A stretch of DNA of 64,000 nt, taken from Nannocystis bainbridge. GTDB taxonomy: Bacteria; Myxococcota_A; Polyangia; Nannocystales; Nannocystaceae. Where the stretch lies: assembly GCF_028368995.1 (NCBI RefSeq), contig NZ_JAQNDL010000001.1, forward strand, positions 3,264,001-3,328,000, written 5' to 3'. Shown here piece after piece: positions 8,979-18,954 of the stretch (position 1 is the first letter of the stretch; every line of letters begins with the position of its first letter). Under the pieces are notes generated by a model. The model saw nothing but the letters and a program-made list of their open reading frames with translations. It was not told the DNA's origin and made no database searches. The position numbers and the translations under genes were made by a program.

Positions 8979-9491
8979 TCACCGCTCGACCATCGGCGCG
9001 CCTTGCTGCTGCATCCGCGCGAGCAGCTCCGGCTGCGAGGTGCCGCGGTCGGCCAGGTACTCTTGCGACCACTCGTTCGGCCGTGCCGTCACGCGGACGA
9101 CGTGGCGCAGGTTGTGGCCGAGGGCCTCGCGGAGCTCGGGGTGTCGCTCCACCATCGCCGGCGGATCGATGCCGAACAGCTTCGGCAAGAACCAGCTGTA
9201 GTGGTAGATCGCCAGGTCGTCGTGGCTCATCTCGATGAAGGCGTCGACGAGGTCGCGGTAGGTCAAGCGGCGCATCAGCGCCGGTAGTTGCACGATCACG
9301 CCCTCGGCGAGGCTGCCTTGAAAGACCGTGAAGGCGGCGGCGAGGACGGAGGCGCTGGGGAATCGCTCGACCTCGGCGCCGAAGACCGTCTCCATCGCGG
9401 GCAGGCTTTCGTCCCCGTACCGCGCCTGCTGATGCACGCGCATCCGCGCGAACATCTCTTGCACCCGGGTCGGGACGGTCGTCTGCGCCAT
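8979..9491 (-). CDS. Hypothetical protein
   Basis: Protein-like composition, high GC3, TATCAT 6 nt before ATG. Confidence 0.7.
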   Translation of the reverse strand: MAQTTVPTRVQEMFARMRVHQQARYGDESLPAMETVFGAEVERFPSASVLAAAFTVFQGSLAEGVIVQLPALMRRLTYRDLVDAFIEMSHDDLAIYHYSWFLPKLFGIDPPAMVERHPELREALGHNLRHVVRVTARPNEWSQEYLADRGTSQPELLARMQQQGAPMVER

Positions 9492-9600
9492 GCGGCCATG
9501 ATAGCCGCTCGGCTCCGGATCGCAGTCCAGGGAGAAGTCCGGGAAGCATCCGGGGCGCGCCGGCGACCTGTCCGATGAGACATCCTACGGGCGCAGGGCG

Positions 9601-11346
9601 TCACTCCGGAGCCGGCACCGCGAGCACGGCGATCTCGCCCTTCTCGGAGCCGACGGCCATGCGCGCGCCGGCCGGGTCGAAGGCGATCGCGGTGACGCGG
9701 CCCTTCTTTTCAAAGACCTTCTGGCTGGCCAGCAGCTCGCCGCCCGGGTAGGCGAGCAGCACCAGCTCGCCGTCGAGCTTGCCGATCGCCACTCGCTTGC
9801 CGTCGGGGTGGAAGGCGAAGGTCGTCACGCCCTGGCTGGCCTTCTGCAGGGCGGCGTGGGCGGGCTTGCCCTTGGCGAGGGCGTAGCTCTGCAACCACTG
9901 GGCGGTGGCGGACCAACCGCTGAGCCGGCACAGCACGACGAGGTGCTCGCCGGACGGATCGAAGCACAGTTGATCGAGCGCGCCGCCGTTGTGGGTCGGC
10001 TCCTGCTTCCAGACGGTGCGTCCGCCAGCGACAGCGACCCAGCGGATCTGGCTGCCGCCGTATTCACCCCACAGCACGTGCTGGCCGTCGGGAGACACCA
10101 GGGCGATCGGGTAGGTGCTCGGCGGGGGACCGCCGACGCGCGCGCGCTCGGGCCAGACAGCAGCGCCGGGCTTCGAGATCGTGCGCAGCGCGACGCCGGT
10201 CCCCGTCACCAGCGCGAGGATCTCGCCGGCGGCATCGATGCTCGAGAGCGAGACGCTCGTCAGGGGCGAGTACTCGTCGTAGGCGACCTCGCGCTCGACG
10301 TCGCGGTCCGGCTCCCACACCAGCACGCGCGCGCCGCTGTCTTGCAAGCTGAACACCATGCGGCCGTCGGGCAGAAAATCGATGCCGCCGCACTCCCACG
10401 CGTCGCACTTGGGCGCGAAGGTCCGCTGGCGCTCGCCGGTGGCGATATCGACGCGGCTCAGCAGATGATCGGGCCCGCCGCGATCGGGCGACTGCGCGAC
10501 CACCAGCCAGGTACCGGACGGATCGAAGCGCAGGCGATGAATCGGCTTGGTGCGATCGGGGCCGCGATAGCGGTGTAGCGCGGCGAACGGGCCGGCCGGG
10601 GCCTTCGCCTTGCGAGCAGGCTTGGCAGCGACGGGGGCCGGGTTGGCAGCCAGAGCGTCGGCGAAGCGCTCGATGTCCGGGGCCTCGCTGCCGGTCGGCC
10701 GGACGACGATCGACTGCTGGTCCGACTTCGGCCGATCGACGACGAAGCCGGCCTCGACCAGCGCATCGCACACGCGCCCGGCGTCGCCGCGCCAGTGGAG
10801 GTGGAGCTTCCCGGTGAGGCGCCCGAAGGCGTCGAAGGCGTCGTGCGACTGCTCGTGCCAGAACACGGCGGTCTGCTCCGGGCTGCGCTCGCGCTCGGCG
10901 ACGATCTCCCAGCCCGCGCTCTGGGTCGAACCGGCGCACGGGAAGGCGAGCACCTTGCGCTTGCCGAGCGCCGCGAACACTTCGATGAGCTCGATCAGAT
11001 CGGAGGTGGCGCCTTCGGAGGCCGGGCTGAGCACGAGGGTGCCGTGCTCGGCGTAGTCGTCGCGCTGCTTCTTGCTCTCCTCGATGCGCACGACCAAATT
11101 GCGCCGCGCAAAGGCCATCTGCAGCTCGGCCCGCGAGGCGCCCCACCACATCGGCAAGGGCCGCACGAGCGCGCCCTTGCTGTCGAAGGCCCCGTCGGCC
11201 GCCCGACCCCAGTAGACGAAGCCGTACCCCTCACCCTCGTCGCGCGGGGAGAACTCGGCGAGGGCGTCGTCGTCGACCGCGGCGAAGACGTCGATGCTCT
11301 CGACGTCGCGGAGGGTCCGCTTGAGGAGCGTCCGGGTGATCGTCAC
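9601..11346 (-). CDS. WD40 beta-propeller protein with two N-terminal DUF6891-like repeats
   Basis: WD40-like blades (LRFDPSGTWL, FAFHPDGKRVAIG, IAFDPAGARMAVG). The N-terminal motifs FVYW..AFD...LPMWWG and VFWHEQSHDAFD...LHLHWRG repeat. GTG 11346 is preferred over ATG 11358 because TATGCT lies 7 nt upstream. Confidence 0.75.
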   Translation of the reverse strand: MTITRTLLKRTLRDVESIDVFAAVDDDALAEFSPRDEGEGYGFVYWGRAADGAFDSKGALVRPLPMWWGASRAELQMAFARRNLVVRIEESKKQRDDYAEHGTLVLSPASEGATSDLIELIEVFAALGKRKVLAFPCAGSTQSAGWEIVAERERSPEQTAVFWHEQSHDAFDAFGRLTGKLHLHWRGDAGRVCDALVEAGFVVDRPKSDQQSIVVRPTGSEAPDIERFADALAANPAPVAAKPARKAKAPAGPFAALHRYRGPDRTKPIHRLRFDPSGTWLVVAQSPDRGGPDHLLSRVDIATGERQRTFAPKCDAWECGGIDFLPDGRMVFSLQDSGARVLVWEPDRDVEREVAYDEYSPLTSVSLSSIDAAGEILALVTGTGVALRTISKPGAAVWPERARVGGPPPSTYPIALVSPDGQHVLWGEYGGSQIRWVAVAGGRTVWKQEPTHNGGALDQLCFDPSGEHLVVLCRLSGWSATAQWLQSYALAKGKPAHAALQKASQGVTTFAFHPDGKRVAIGKLDGELVLLAYPGGELLASQKVFEKKGRVTAIAFDPAGARMAVGSEKGEIAVLAVPAPE

Positions 11347-11629
11347 GCGACGGAGCATACCCGCGCCTCACCGCCGATGTGTGGTGCAGTGAACGGCATC
11401 CGCGGATCCACAACGATGCACCCGGAGAGCGGCGGAGCACGAGGCCGTCCAAGGGCTGGACCTCGAACTGCGCTGACGGCCACGGCGACGACCCTTGCGA
11501 TTCCCGCCGCAGTGGCCGCCAGGGGAAGAGGCGCAGCGCGACGCTCGCGGCTGGGGCCCATGCGCGGCCGGTTCGTCGCCACCGTCTCGAACGCGTCGGC
11601 CTCGTGGGAAAGAGCGGTTCCTGAGCCAA

Positions 11630-11672
11630 TAAAAAAGGGCCCCGGTTCTGCCAGCTGCCCTGGGCCGGGGAC
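11630..11672 (-). terminator. Possible intrinsic terminator on the minus strand
   Basis: Minus strand reads CCCCGGCCC...GAACCGGGG then CCC and a T6 run; the loop is long. Confidence 0.4.
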
Positions 11673-11690
11673 TGCGCTATTGTGTGAGTC

Positions 11691-12779
11691 GTGGTGCGCC
11701 TCGTCACCCTCATCGCCGTCTCCCTGAGCGCTGCCGCGTGCAACAACGGCGACGGGCAGCAGACGGGCTTCAGCTCGAGCATCACCACCGTGCCGCAGGG
11801 GACCAGCTCGAGCGGCTCGGGCACTTCGAGCTCGACGTCGAGTTCGAACGGCTCGGAGGACTCGGCCGCGGGGAGCTCGGCGAGTTCCGACAGTTCGACC
11901 AGCACCACGAGCTCCAGCAGCGTCCCCGACCTCGGCACGATCCCCGACGCCGGCGACGGACCGCCCCCGGGTTGCAAGGGCAAGGTCGACTTCCTGTTCA
12001 CGATCAGCAGCGCGCCGACCATGGAGGTCAAGCAAGCGCGCCTGAAGGCGAGCTTCTCCAGCTTCATGGCGACGCTCGAGAGCGAATTCGCGGACTTCGA
12101 CTACCACATCCTGTCCTCGAACACGTCCGGGTTCTGGGGCTATCCGAGCTGCGTCGGCTGTCAAGACGTGTGCGAAGACCTGCCCGAGTACCCGTGCGGC
12201 GTATCGCCGGAGCCCTGCGACTCCATCCGCGGCGCCGGCGTCACCTACCCGATCGGCAAGCACGCCAGCAACGAGCGCTGCGAGCTCGCCAGCGGCCTCC
12301 GCTACATCAACGCTGGCCAGCCCATGCTCGAGGACGCGTTCACCTGCATCGCCTCGATGGGGATCAACGGCGCTGACGGCGTCGCCGAGACCACCGTCCT
12401 CGCGCTCGCCGACGACCTCGACGGGCCCGGCGGGTGCAACGAGGGCTTCCTCCGCGCGGACGCCCTGCTCGTCGTCGTCGCCATCCAGGACACCTACGAC
12501 AACTTCAGCGACGGCACCCCGGAGGACTGGGCCGCCACATTGGTGGAGGCAAAGGGCGGCGACGCGGACGCGGTCGTGCTCCTCGTCATCTCGACCGACA
12601 TCGATCTCCCGGGCGCCCTGTGCGGCAACACCATCGGGGTCGAACACAACCTTCGAACCTGGACCACACTCATGCCGCACTCCGTGTTCGGCTCGATCTG
12701 CGCCGAGGGCTACGGCGACTACTTCGCCGCCGCCGCCGCGAAAATCACGGAGCAGTGCGAAGTGTTCGCGCCGCAGTAG
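11691..12779 (+). CDS. Myxobacterial lipoprotein with vWA-like domain (CxxKVDFLF family)
   Basis: AAAC lipobox, Ser/Thr linker, CKGKVDFLFTISSAPTM and GFLRADALLVVVAIQD motifs. Confidence 0.75.
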   Translation: MVRLVTLIAVSLSAAACNNGDGQQTGFSSSITTVPQGTSSSGSGTSSSTSSSNGSEDSAAGSSASSDSSTSTTSSSSVPDLGTIPDAGDGPPPGCKGKVDFLFTISSAPTMEVKQARLKASFSSFMATLESEFADFDYHILSSNTSGFWGYPSCVGCQDVCEDLPEYPCGVSPEPCDSIRGAGVTYPIGKHASNERCELASGLRYINAGQPMLEDAFTCIASMGINGADGVAETTVLALADDLDGPGGCNEGFLRADALLVVVAIQDTYDNFSDGTPEDWAATLVEAKGGDADAVVLLVISTDIDLPGALCGNTIGVEHNLRTWTTLMPHSVFGSICAEGYGDYFAAAAAKITEQCEVFAPQ

Positions 12780-14474
12780 CTACGGGTACAGGCGCAGCGC
12801 GAACGCCTGCGGCTGGAGCCCGCCGAACTCGCTGCCGGCGACATACACGTAACCCCAGCTGTCGATCGCAAGGCCCGCGGCCTCGTCGGGTCCCTGGCCT
12901 GGCCCGCTGCGGACCACCTCCCATGCGGGCGCGCCCGCCGGGCCAGGGATGGCGAGGATCCACGAGTCGGCGTCTTGCAGGGGCTTCACCGCCGCGCCGG
13001 CGACGATGATCTTGCCCTCGCGATCCTCGCCGACAGCGTAGCCGACCGAGTCACTCGACGACGGCTCGATGCGCACGGGCCCGGGCGCGCCCGCGGCCGT
13101 GAACCAGCGCGTCAGCAAGAGCCGGTTTTTGAAACCGAGGTCACGACCCCAGCCCGTGACCACGAACCCCCCCTCGCGCAGCGGCGCCACGGCCATTGCC
13201 ACGTCCTCGTCCATCAGCTCGCCGGGCGAGGTCCACGCGCCGAGCGACGCGCCGTCCAGGCCGTAGCGCAACACCACGGTCCGTTGGACCTCGACGTCGT
13301 CCTCGTTCTTGGTCATTCGTTCACCGACCACGACGATCTCGTCGCCGACGAGCGCCACGCCGCGAGCGACCTCGTCCCAATCGTTGAGCTTGTCCTCCGC
13401 GGGTGAGGCTGCGAACGTCCGTTCGTCCTGCTGTTCGCCGCCCGTGGCCGAGACCCACCAGACCTTGAGGTCGTGCGTGCCCGGCTTGACCTCGTCCGCG
13501 CCGACGAGGACCAGCGAGTCATCCACCACGATCAGGGCATTTACCGAAGTCCCGAGCAGACCGATCCACGTCTGCTCCTTCGGCTCGCCGAACTTCACCC
13601 GCGACACCGCCCAGCGCGTCGAGCCCTTGTCGGGGAACGTCCACGCCACGAACGCCGCGTCGTCGTCGCCGACCGCGATCGCCGGCCCACGCCCGCCGCC
13701 GGACACCGCGACCGGGCCGAGGTGGATCGGGCTGCCCTCCGGCTGGCCCTTCGTGCCGTCGACGCGCACCGCCACGGCCTCGAGGTCGTCGTTCGTCTCG
13801 AAGAAGCCCGCCACCGCGATCCCGTTGCCGAGCATCGCCGCGCTGGTAAAACCGTTGATCGGCCCGGCCTTGACGTAGGGCGGCCAGACGTCGCTGCCGC
13901 CGGGCTGGACGTCGATCATCAACTCCTCCATGCCCTCGCCGCTGACGCCGTCGGCCGCGTGGGCGACGGCGCGGAGCGTATGCGTGCCGTCGCCGGGGAC
14001 GACGTCCGAGGTCACCTCGAACACGTGCACGGGATTCGCCGGCGCTGCGCCGAGCACCAGCGGCACATCACCATCGAAGACATCGATGGACGCGACCGGC
14101 CGCGACGTCCACACCGAGACCTGCACCTCACCGACGTGGAGCATCGGCGACGGGGAATTTAGAATGACCTCGACCTCGACCGGTACCGCCTTGCCGTCGT
14201 CGTCGCCGGTGGTTCCGGTCGCGCCGTCGCTCGCACTCCCGCCGCTCGTCGCCGTGCTGACCGTCGTCGCCGCGCCGGATGTGGTGCCGTCGTCGGCCGT
14301 GCTCGCGTCGGCGCTCGTGCTCGCGTCCGGCGTCGTGGCCCCGTCGCCGGTCGAGCCGGTCGTCAGGGACGGCAGATCGTGGCCTTGCTGCGAGACCCGA
14401 TCCCAGTCGAGCGTACAACCGGCGAGGGCGATCAGCGGACCCAGGCCGAGGACGACAGGCGCGAGGCGCAACAT
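12780..14474 (-). CDS. Lipoprotein with Ig-like domain and beta-propeller repeats
   Basis: LAGC lipobox, Thr-rich linker, GTHTLRAVAHAADG (Ig-like), DEAAGLAIDSWGYVYVAG-type propeller repeats. Confidence 0.75.
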   Translation of the reverse strand: MLRLAPVVLGLGPLIALAGCTLDWDRVSQQGHDLPSLTTGSTGDGATTPDASTSADASTADDGTTSGAATTVSTATSGGSASDGATGTTGDDDGKAVPVEVEVILNSPSPMLHVGEVQVSVWTSRPVASIDVFDGDVPLVLGAAPANPVHVFEVTSDVVPGDGTHTLRAVAHAADGVSGEGMEELMIDVQPGGSDVWPPYVKAGPINGFTSAAMLGNGIAVAGFFETNDDLEAVAVRVDGTKGQPEGSPIHLGPVAVSGGGRGPAIAVGDDDAAFVAWTFPDKGSTRWAVSRVKFGEPKEQTWIGLLGTSVNALIVVDDSLVLVGADEVKPGTHDLKVWWVSATGGEQQDERTFAASPAEDKLNDWDEVARGVALVGDEIVVVGERMTKNEDDVEVQRTVVLRYGLDGASLGAWTSPGELMDEDVAMAVAPLREGGFVVTGWGRDLGFKNRLLLTRWFTAAGAPGPVRIEPSSSDSVGYAVGEDREGKIIVAGAAVKPLQDADSWILAIPGPAGAPAWEVVRSGPGQGPDEAAGLAIDSWGYVYVAGSEFGGLQPQAFALRLYP

Positions 14475-14611
14475 CCCCGCCAGGGTACCATGCGCGATTT
14501 CGATCGGCGAACGAAAAGCCCAGGGACGGCCGCCTCGCGCCCGCCCGGGCCGAACCGACAGCAGGCGCTCGTCCCCTCCTGCGACGGCCCCACCTGAACA
14601 TTCTCGCATGT

Positions 14612-14950
14612 GCGATCAGGCAGGTCGGCCGGGTCTTCGCAGCAAGGGAATCGACCGCGGCGACCTGGTGGAAAGGCCAGGTTGATTCGGCGCCCGCCGG
14701 CGCCGAGGCATCGGGCGCTCGGTCGCTTCCTGGCGAAGTCAATCCTGCGCGATCGGCAGGTCCGCCGGTGCTCGCAGCAAGGGAATAGAAGGCTGCGACC
14801 TGGCGGCAAGGCCAGGTCGATTCGCCACCCGCCGACGCGCCGAGGCATCGGCGCGCTCGGTGGTGCGATCGGGCAGGTCCGCCCGCGCGGAGGATCTCGC
14901 AGCAAGGAAATCGAACGCTGCGACCTGGAAATCAGGTCAATTCGTCACGC
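14612..14950. repeat. Three copies of a structured ~100-135 bp intergenic element
   Basis: GCGATC..GGCAGGTC..TCGCAGCAAGG.AAT..GCGACCTGG..CAGGT..ATTCG starts at 14612, 14749 and 14865. Confidence 0.85.
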
Positions 14951-14951
14951 C

Positions 14952-16310
14952 TCACACGCCGGTGACGTAGACGATGCCGAGGCACATCTCGTCGCCGGTG
15001 CCCTCGCCCCATAGGATGTCCTTGGGCTGCATCTGCACGCCGTTTTCGACCGGCTGGTTGGCGGCCGTGTTGTCCCACTCGCACTCGAGGCGCAGCTGAT
15101 CGCCGGGACGGACGGTCACGGGGGCGGTGAGCTGGTAGCTGCCCTGCCAGTTGAAGTCCCAGCGCGGGATGTCCAGCAAACAACTGTTTTGCCCGCCGGT
15201 GACGGCCAGCGAGCCGCGCACGCCGCGGGTGTGCATGTGCAGCGCGGCGGCGTGGACGACGAAGGGATCGCCCGCCTGCAGCCCGCCGTCGGGGAACAGC
15301 AGCGGGAGGTAGTTGCTGACGTCGGCGGTGAAGCTGTGGACGACGCCGGCCTCGCCGGCGGGGATCAGCATCGGCTCGCTGCCCTGGACCCACGCAGGGT
15401 TGGTGAACGGCATCATCACCGCGACCTTGTCGACGCTCGCGGCGGTGCGGATCTGGATCCGCGACTGATCGGGCTTGGCGCCCGGGTAGGTGTGGTAGTG
15501 CATCTGCACCGCGACGAGCGAACCCGGCTGCACTTTGATTCCTGTCCCTTCGGGCATGTCCCCGGGGTCACCTCCGGGCACCCAGGCGCCGAGCCAGGGG
15601 ATCCGTCCGCCGACCTGATCGCCGCCCGGGCCGCCGTAGCAGAGATAGCCGGGATCGGGGTCGGCGTCGTCGAGCGCGCGATAGGTCTCAGCCTGCTCGG
15701 GCGGGACGGCGAAGGCGATCACGTGATGCACGATCTGCCGCTCGCCCGGAGTCACGCTGAGCGCGGTGATGAAGGTCTCCTCGTCTTCGGGCCAGGGCAG
15801 CAGGAAGCAGCGGTACTCATCGGGCGCGATCGTCGGGGTGTAGGGCTCGGGCAACTGGAGGTCGATGTCGAACTCGATCGGCTCGGGCGCCTGCGCGGGC
15901 GCGGGAGCGTCGGCTGGGTCGCCCTCGGGTGCGCCGAGCTCGACCCAGTCGAGCAGGGTCTGGCGCGCTTCGTCGTCGATCGAGCGGTCGTGGAGATAGG
16001 TGCCGCAGGCGGCGTCGGGCGGCCACGGCGGCATGGTCCCGGTCATGAGCGAGGCCGGCAGCGCGCTGGCGACGGCGCTGGCTTCGGCGTACGACGCGAG
16101 CGAGAACGGGGCGAGGTTGCCGGGGCTGTGACAGCCGACGCACTTGGCGTCGAGGATCGCCTTGACGTCGCGCCAGTAGGTGACGGCCGCGGCCTCGCCG
16201 GTGGTCGAGGTGCTCGCGGCGTCGACGGCAGTGTCGGAGCCGTCGCCCGGGGCGTCGCCGCAAGCGACGAGGAGGAGGCCGAGCGGGAGGATGGCGGTGA
16301 TGCGCTGCAT
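14952..16310 (-). CDS. Copper type II ascorbate-dependent monooxygenase-like lipoprotein with N-terminal CxxCH
   Basis: LVAC lipobox; KCVGCH; Cu-ligand motifs VHHVI, QMHYH, LHMHTRG and DEMC; WDFNWQ. Confidence 0.85.
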   Translation of the reverse strand: MQRITAILPLGLLLVACGDAPGDGSDTAVDAASTSTTGEAAAVTYWRDVKAILDAKCVGCHSPGNLAPFSLASYAEASAVASALPASLMTGTMPPWPPDAACGTYLHDRSIDDEARQTLLDWVELGAPEGDPADAPAPAQAPEPIEFDIDLQLPEPYTPTIAPDEYRCFLLPWPEDEETFITALSVTPGERQIVHHVIAFAVPPEQAETYRALDDADPDPGYLCYGGPGGDQVGGRIPWLGAWVPGGDPGDMPEGTGIKVQPGSLVAVQMHYHTYPGAKPDQSRIQIRTAASVDKVAVMMPFTNPAWVQGSEPMLIPAGEAGVVHSFTADVSNYLPLLFPDGGLQAGDPFVVHAAALHMHTRGVRGSLAVTGGQNSCLLDIPRWDFNWQGSYQLTAPVTVRPGDQLRLECEWDNTAANQPVENGVQMQPKDILWGEGTGDEMCLGIVYVTGV

Positions 16311-16359
16311 GACCTCGAGTTCAGCACGCGAGGTATGGAGAGTGTGTGGAGGCGCCGCG

Positions 16360-17754
16360 CTACGACGACTGCGGCGGGCCGCTGATGGGGCCGCGGAGCG
16401 TCGCTCGCAGGCCGCGGGGCAGCTCACCCGCGAGCGTCAGCGTGAAGCCGGCGCGGCTGCACACCTCTTGCGAGATCGCCAGGCCGAGGCCGCCGCCCTT
16501 CGGGTCGCGGCGGCGGGCCTCGTCGGTGCGGAAGGTGCGGTCGCCGATCTTCGGCAGGTCGGCCGGGGGCACGCCGGGGCCGTCGTCGACGACCGTGAGC
16601 GTGAACTCGGCCCCGGAATCACCCGTCTCTTCGAGCAGGATCGCCACGTGGCCGCCGGGCTCGCCGTGGGCGACCGCGTTGTGCACGAGGTTGGCCAGCG
16701 CTTGCTCGGCCATCGCCGGGTTGCAGCGGGCCCACAGCGCGGCGTCGGGGCGGGCGTCGTGGACCTCGATGCCGCGGGTGCGTCCGAGCGCGGCGAAGCG
16801 GCGGGCGACGCGGTCGACGAGGGCGCAAAGGTCCACGCGGAGGTCGCCGTGGAGCGGGTCGGCGCCCTCTTGCAGGCGGCACGCCAGGTAGAGGTTGTCG
16901 ATGAGCGAGCCCATGTAAACGACATCGCCGATCGCCCCGCGGACGAGGCCCTGATCCTCGGCCGGGCGCGCGTCGGCGGCCACCTGCTCGAGCGCGATCT
17001 GCAGCGAGGCCAGCGGGGTGCGCAGGTCGTGGGCGATGTTGGCGAGGTGCTGCTCGAGCGCGCGGTGGCGGGCCTCCATGCGGGCGGCGTCGGCGGCGAT
17101 GCGCGCGTGGGCCTGGTCGAGCAGGGCCGACAATTGGCCGAGGTCGTCGCGCGCGGGGTCGCCGGCGGACGCGTAGCCGGCGGCCTGCCCGACCTGCTCG
17201 GTGGCGCGGCGCAGCTTCTCGAGCCGCAGGGCCATCGGCCGCACGGCGAAGAAGCTGGCGAGGCCGACCGCCGCGGCGACGCTGAAGGCGAGCAGGCCGA
17301 AGATGATGAGCAGGGCGAACCGCCGCTCGGACGGGCTGAGCCGCCAGCGCAGCTGGACCAGAGCGCACGGGCCGTGGTCGGCGGCGCGGCGCAGACTGGC
17401 GCCGCCCCACGGCTGGAAGAAATACATGCGCGCCGGCGCGGTCTCGCCGGCTTGCAGGCGCGCGAACAGCTGCAGATCGATCGGTTCGGTGCCGGCGACC
17501 GCGGGCCGCAGGTCTTCGTCGTAGACGACGAGGTCGAGCTCCGGACCGTGCTGCGCGATGAAGCGGCCCGGGTCGCGCTCGCACTGCGCCAGCGAGATCG
17601 CGTCGAGCTGCGGCGTCAGCACGCCGATGCGCCGGATCGCCTGCTCGATGAACAGCGACGGCATCACCACCGCGACCACGGCGACGCTGAGGCCGGCGCA
17701 GATCGCCGCGGCCAGGAACACCCGCCCGGACAGGCCGCGGAGGATCCGGCTCAC
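16360..17754 (-). CDS. Membrane HAMP sensor histidine kinase
   Basis: Two TM segments, H-box AHDLRTPLASL, N-box NLVHNA, DDGPG and GGGLGLAI; GTG overlaps the regulator stop. Confidence 0.93.
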   Translation of the reverse strand: MSRILRGLSGRVFLAAAICAGLSVAVVAVVMPSLFIEQAIRRIGVLTPQLDAISLAQCERDPGRFIAQHGPELDLVVYDEDLRPAVAGTEPIDLQLFARLQAGETAPARMYFFQPWGGASLRRAADHGPCALVQLRWRLSPSERRFALLIIFGLLAFSVAAAVGLASFFAVRPMALRLEKLRRATEQVGQAAGYASAGDPARDDLGQLSALLDQAHARIAADAARMEARHRALEQHLANIAHDLRTPLASLQIALEQVAADARPAEDQGLVRGAIGDVVYMGSLIDNLYLACRLQEGADPLHGDLRVDLCALVDRVARRFAALGRTRGIEVHDARPDAALWARCNPAMAEQALANLVHNAVAHGEPGGHVAILLEETGDSGAEFTLTVVDDGPGVPPADLPKIGDRTFRTDEARRRDPKGGGLGLAISQEVCSRAGFTLTLAGELPRGLRATLRGPISGPPQSS

Positions 17755-18449
17755 TTCGCCTCCGGGGCGTCGAAGCGGTAGCCGATGCCCCACACCGTGG
17801 CGATCCGCCCGCCGGCGGCGCCGAGCTTGCGACGGATGCGGGCGACGTGCGAGTCGACGGTGCGCTCGCTGCGGTCGCCCCCGGCCGGCAGCGCGGCCTC
17901 GGCCAGCTGTCGCCGGGTGATCGCGCGAGATGGCCTTTCGACCAGGTACGCGAGGACGTTGAACTCGTGGGCGGTGAGGCCGAGCGGCTCGCCGGCGAGG
18001 GTGACGCTGCGAGCGTCGAGGTCGAGGACGGCGTCGTCCCAGGCCAGGCGGCGGGTCGGCCCGCCCGCGTCGGGCAGGCGCAGGCGGGCGCGCACGCGGG
18101 CCAGCAGCTCCTCGAACCAGAACGGCTTGGGCAGGTAGTCGACGGCGCCGCCGGCGAAGGCCTGCAGGCGGGCCTCGAGCTCGGTGCGGGCGCTGAGGAC
18201 GATCACCGGGGTCGACAGCCGGCCGCGCCACAGCTCGAGCACCTCGAAGCCGCCGAGCTCGGGCAGCATGAGGTCGAGGATGACGAGGTCGAACGGGCGC
18301 GCCAGCGCCTGCTCGGCCCCGCGGCTGCCGTCGTGGGCGAGCTCGACTTCGAAGCCGGCGCCCTTGAGCCCCCGCACGACGCCCGCCGCGATCGCGGGGT
18401 CGTCTTCGATGACGAGGATCGCCGGGCTGGTGCGTTCACGAGGCGACAT
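17751..18449 (-). CDS. OmpR-family response regulator
   Basis: IEDD, LDLMLP and KPF receiver motifs; winged helix RTVDSHVARIRRKL..TVWGIGYRF. Confidence 0.95.
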   Translation of the reverse strand: MSPRERTSPAILVIEDDPAIAAGVVRGLKGAGFEVELAHDGSRGAEQALARPFDLVILDLMLPELGGFEVLELWRGRLSTPVIVLSARTELEARLQAFAGGAVDYLPKPFWFEELLARVRARLRLPDAGGPTRRLAWDDAVLDLDARSVTLAGEPLGLTAHEFNVLAYLVERPSRAITRRQLAEAALPAGGDRSERTVDSHVARIRRKLGAAGGRIATVWGIGYRFDAPEAK

Positions 18450-18531
18450 ACGCGGGCTCTCGTTCGACGGTAGCAGCGCGCTCGCGGCGAAGTGTGGAGG
18501 ATTTGTCGAGCCCGTGCGAAGCTCGTCGGCG

Positions 18532-18954
18532 ATGACCTCAGGCGGCCCGGAGCATGCGCGCTCGATCCTCCCCGACGGCTGGCAGCGGCCGCGCGGCTAC
18601 AGCAACGGCATGGCGGCGCGCGGCGAGCTGCTGGCGATCGCCGGCATGATCGCCTGGGACGCGCGCGAGCAGCTCGTGTCGGACGAGTTCGCGGCGCAAT
18701 TCCGCCAGGCGCTGGCCAACGTGGTGGCGGTGGTGACCGCGGCGGGCGGGCGGCCGGAGCACGTGATCTCGCTGACGGTCTACGTCACCGACAAGCGCGA
18801 GTACATCGCCGAGCTGGCCGCGGTGGGCGCCGCGTACCGCGAGCTGATGGGGCGCCACTATCCGGCGATGGCGCTGGTCGAGGTGGCGGGGCTGCTCGAG
18901 CCGCGGGCGAAGGTGGAGATCCAGGGGCTCGCCGTGCTACCAGATCGGGCGTGA
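18532..18954 (+). CDS. RidA/YjgF family protein
   Basis: PRGYSNG..IAGMI..YPAMALVEVAGLLEPRAKVEIQG. Confidence 0.9.
   Translation: MTSGGPEHARSILPDGWQRPRGYSNGMAARGELLAIAGMIAWDAREQLVSDEFAAQFRQALANVVAVVTAAGGRPEHVISLTVYVTDKREYIAELAAVGAAYRELMGRHYPAMALVEVAGLLEPRAKVEIQGLAVLPDRA

Noticed and set aside
11360-11630. Intergenic stretch with small ORFs, possible sRNA or pseudogene
   Set aside because: No recognisable motif, coding bias or convincing structure by eye.
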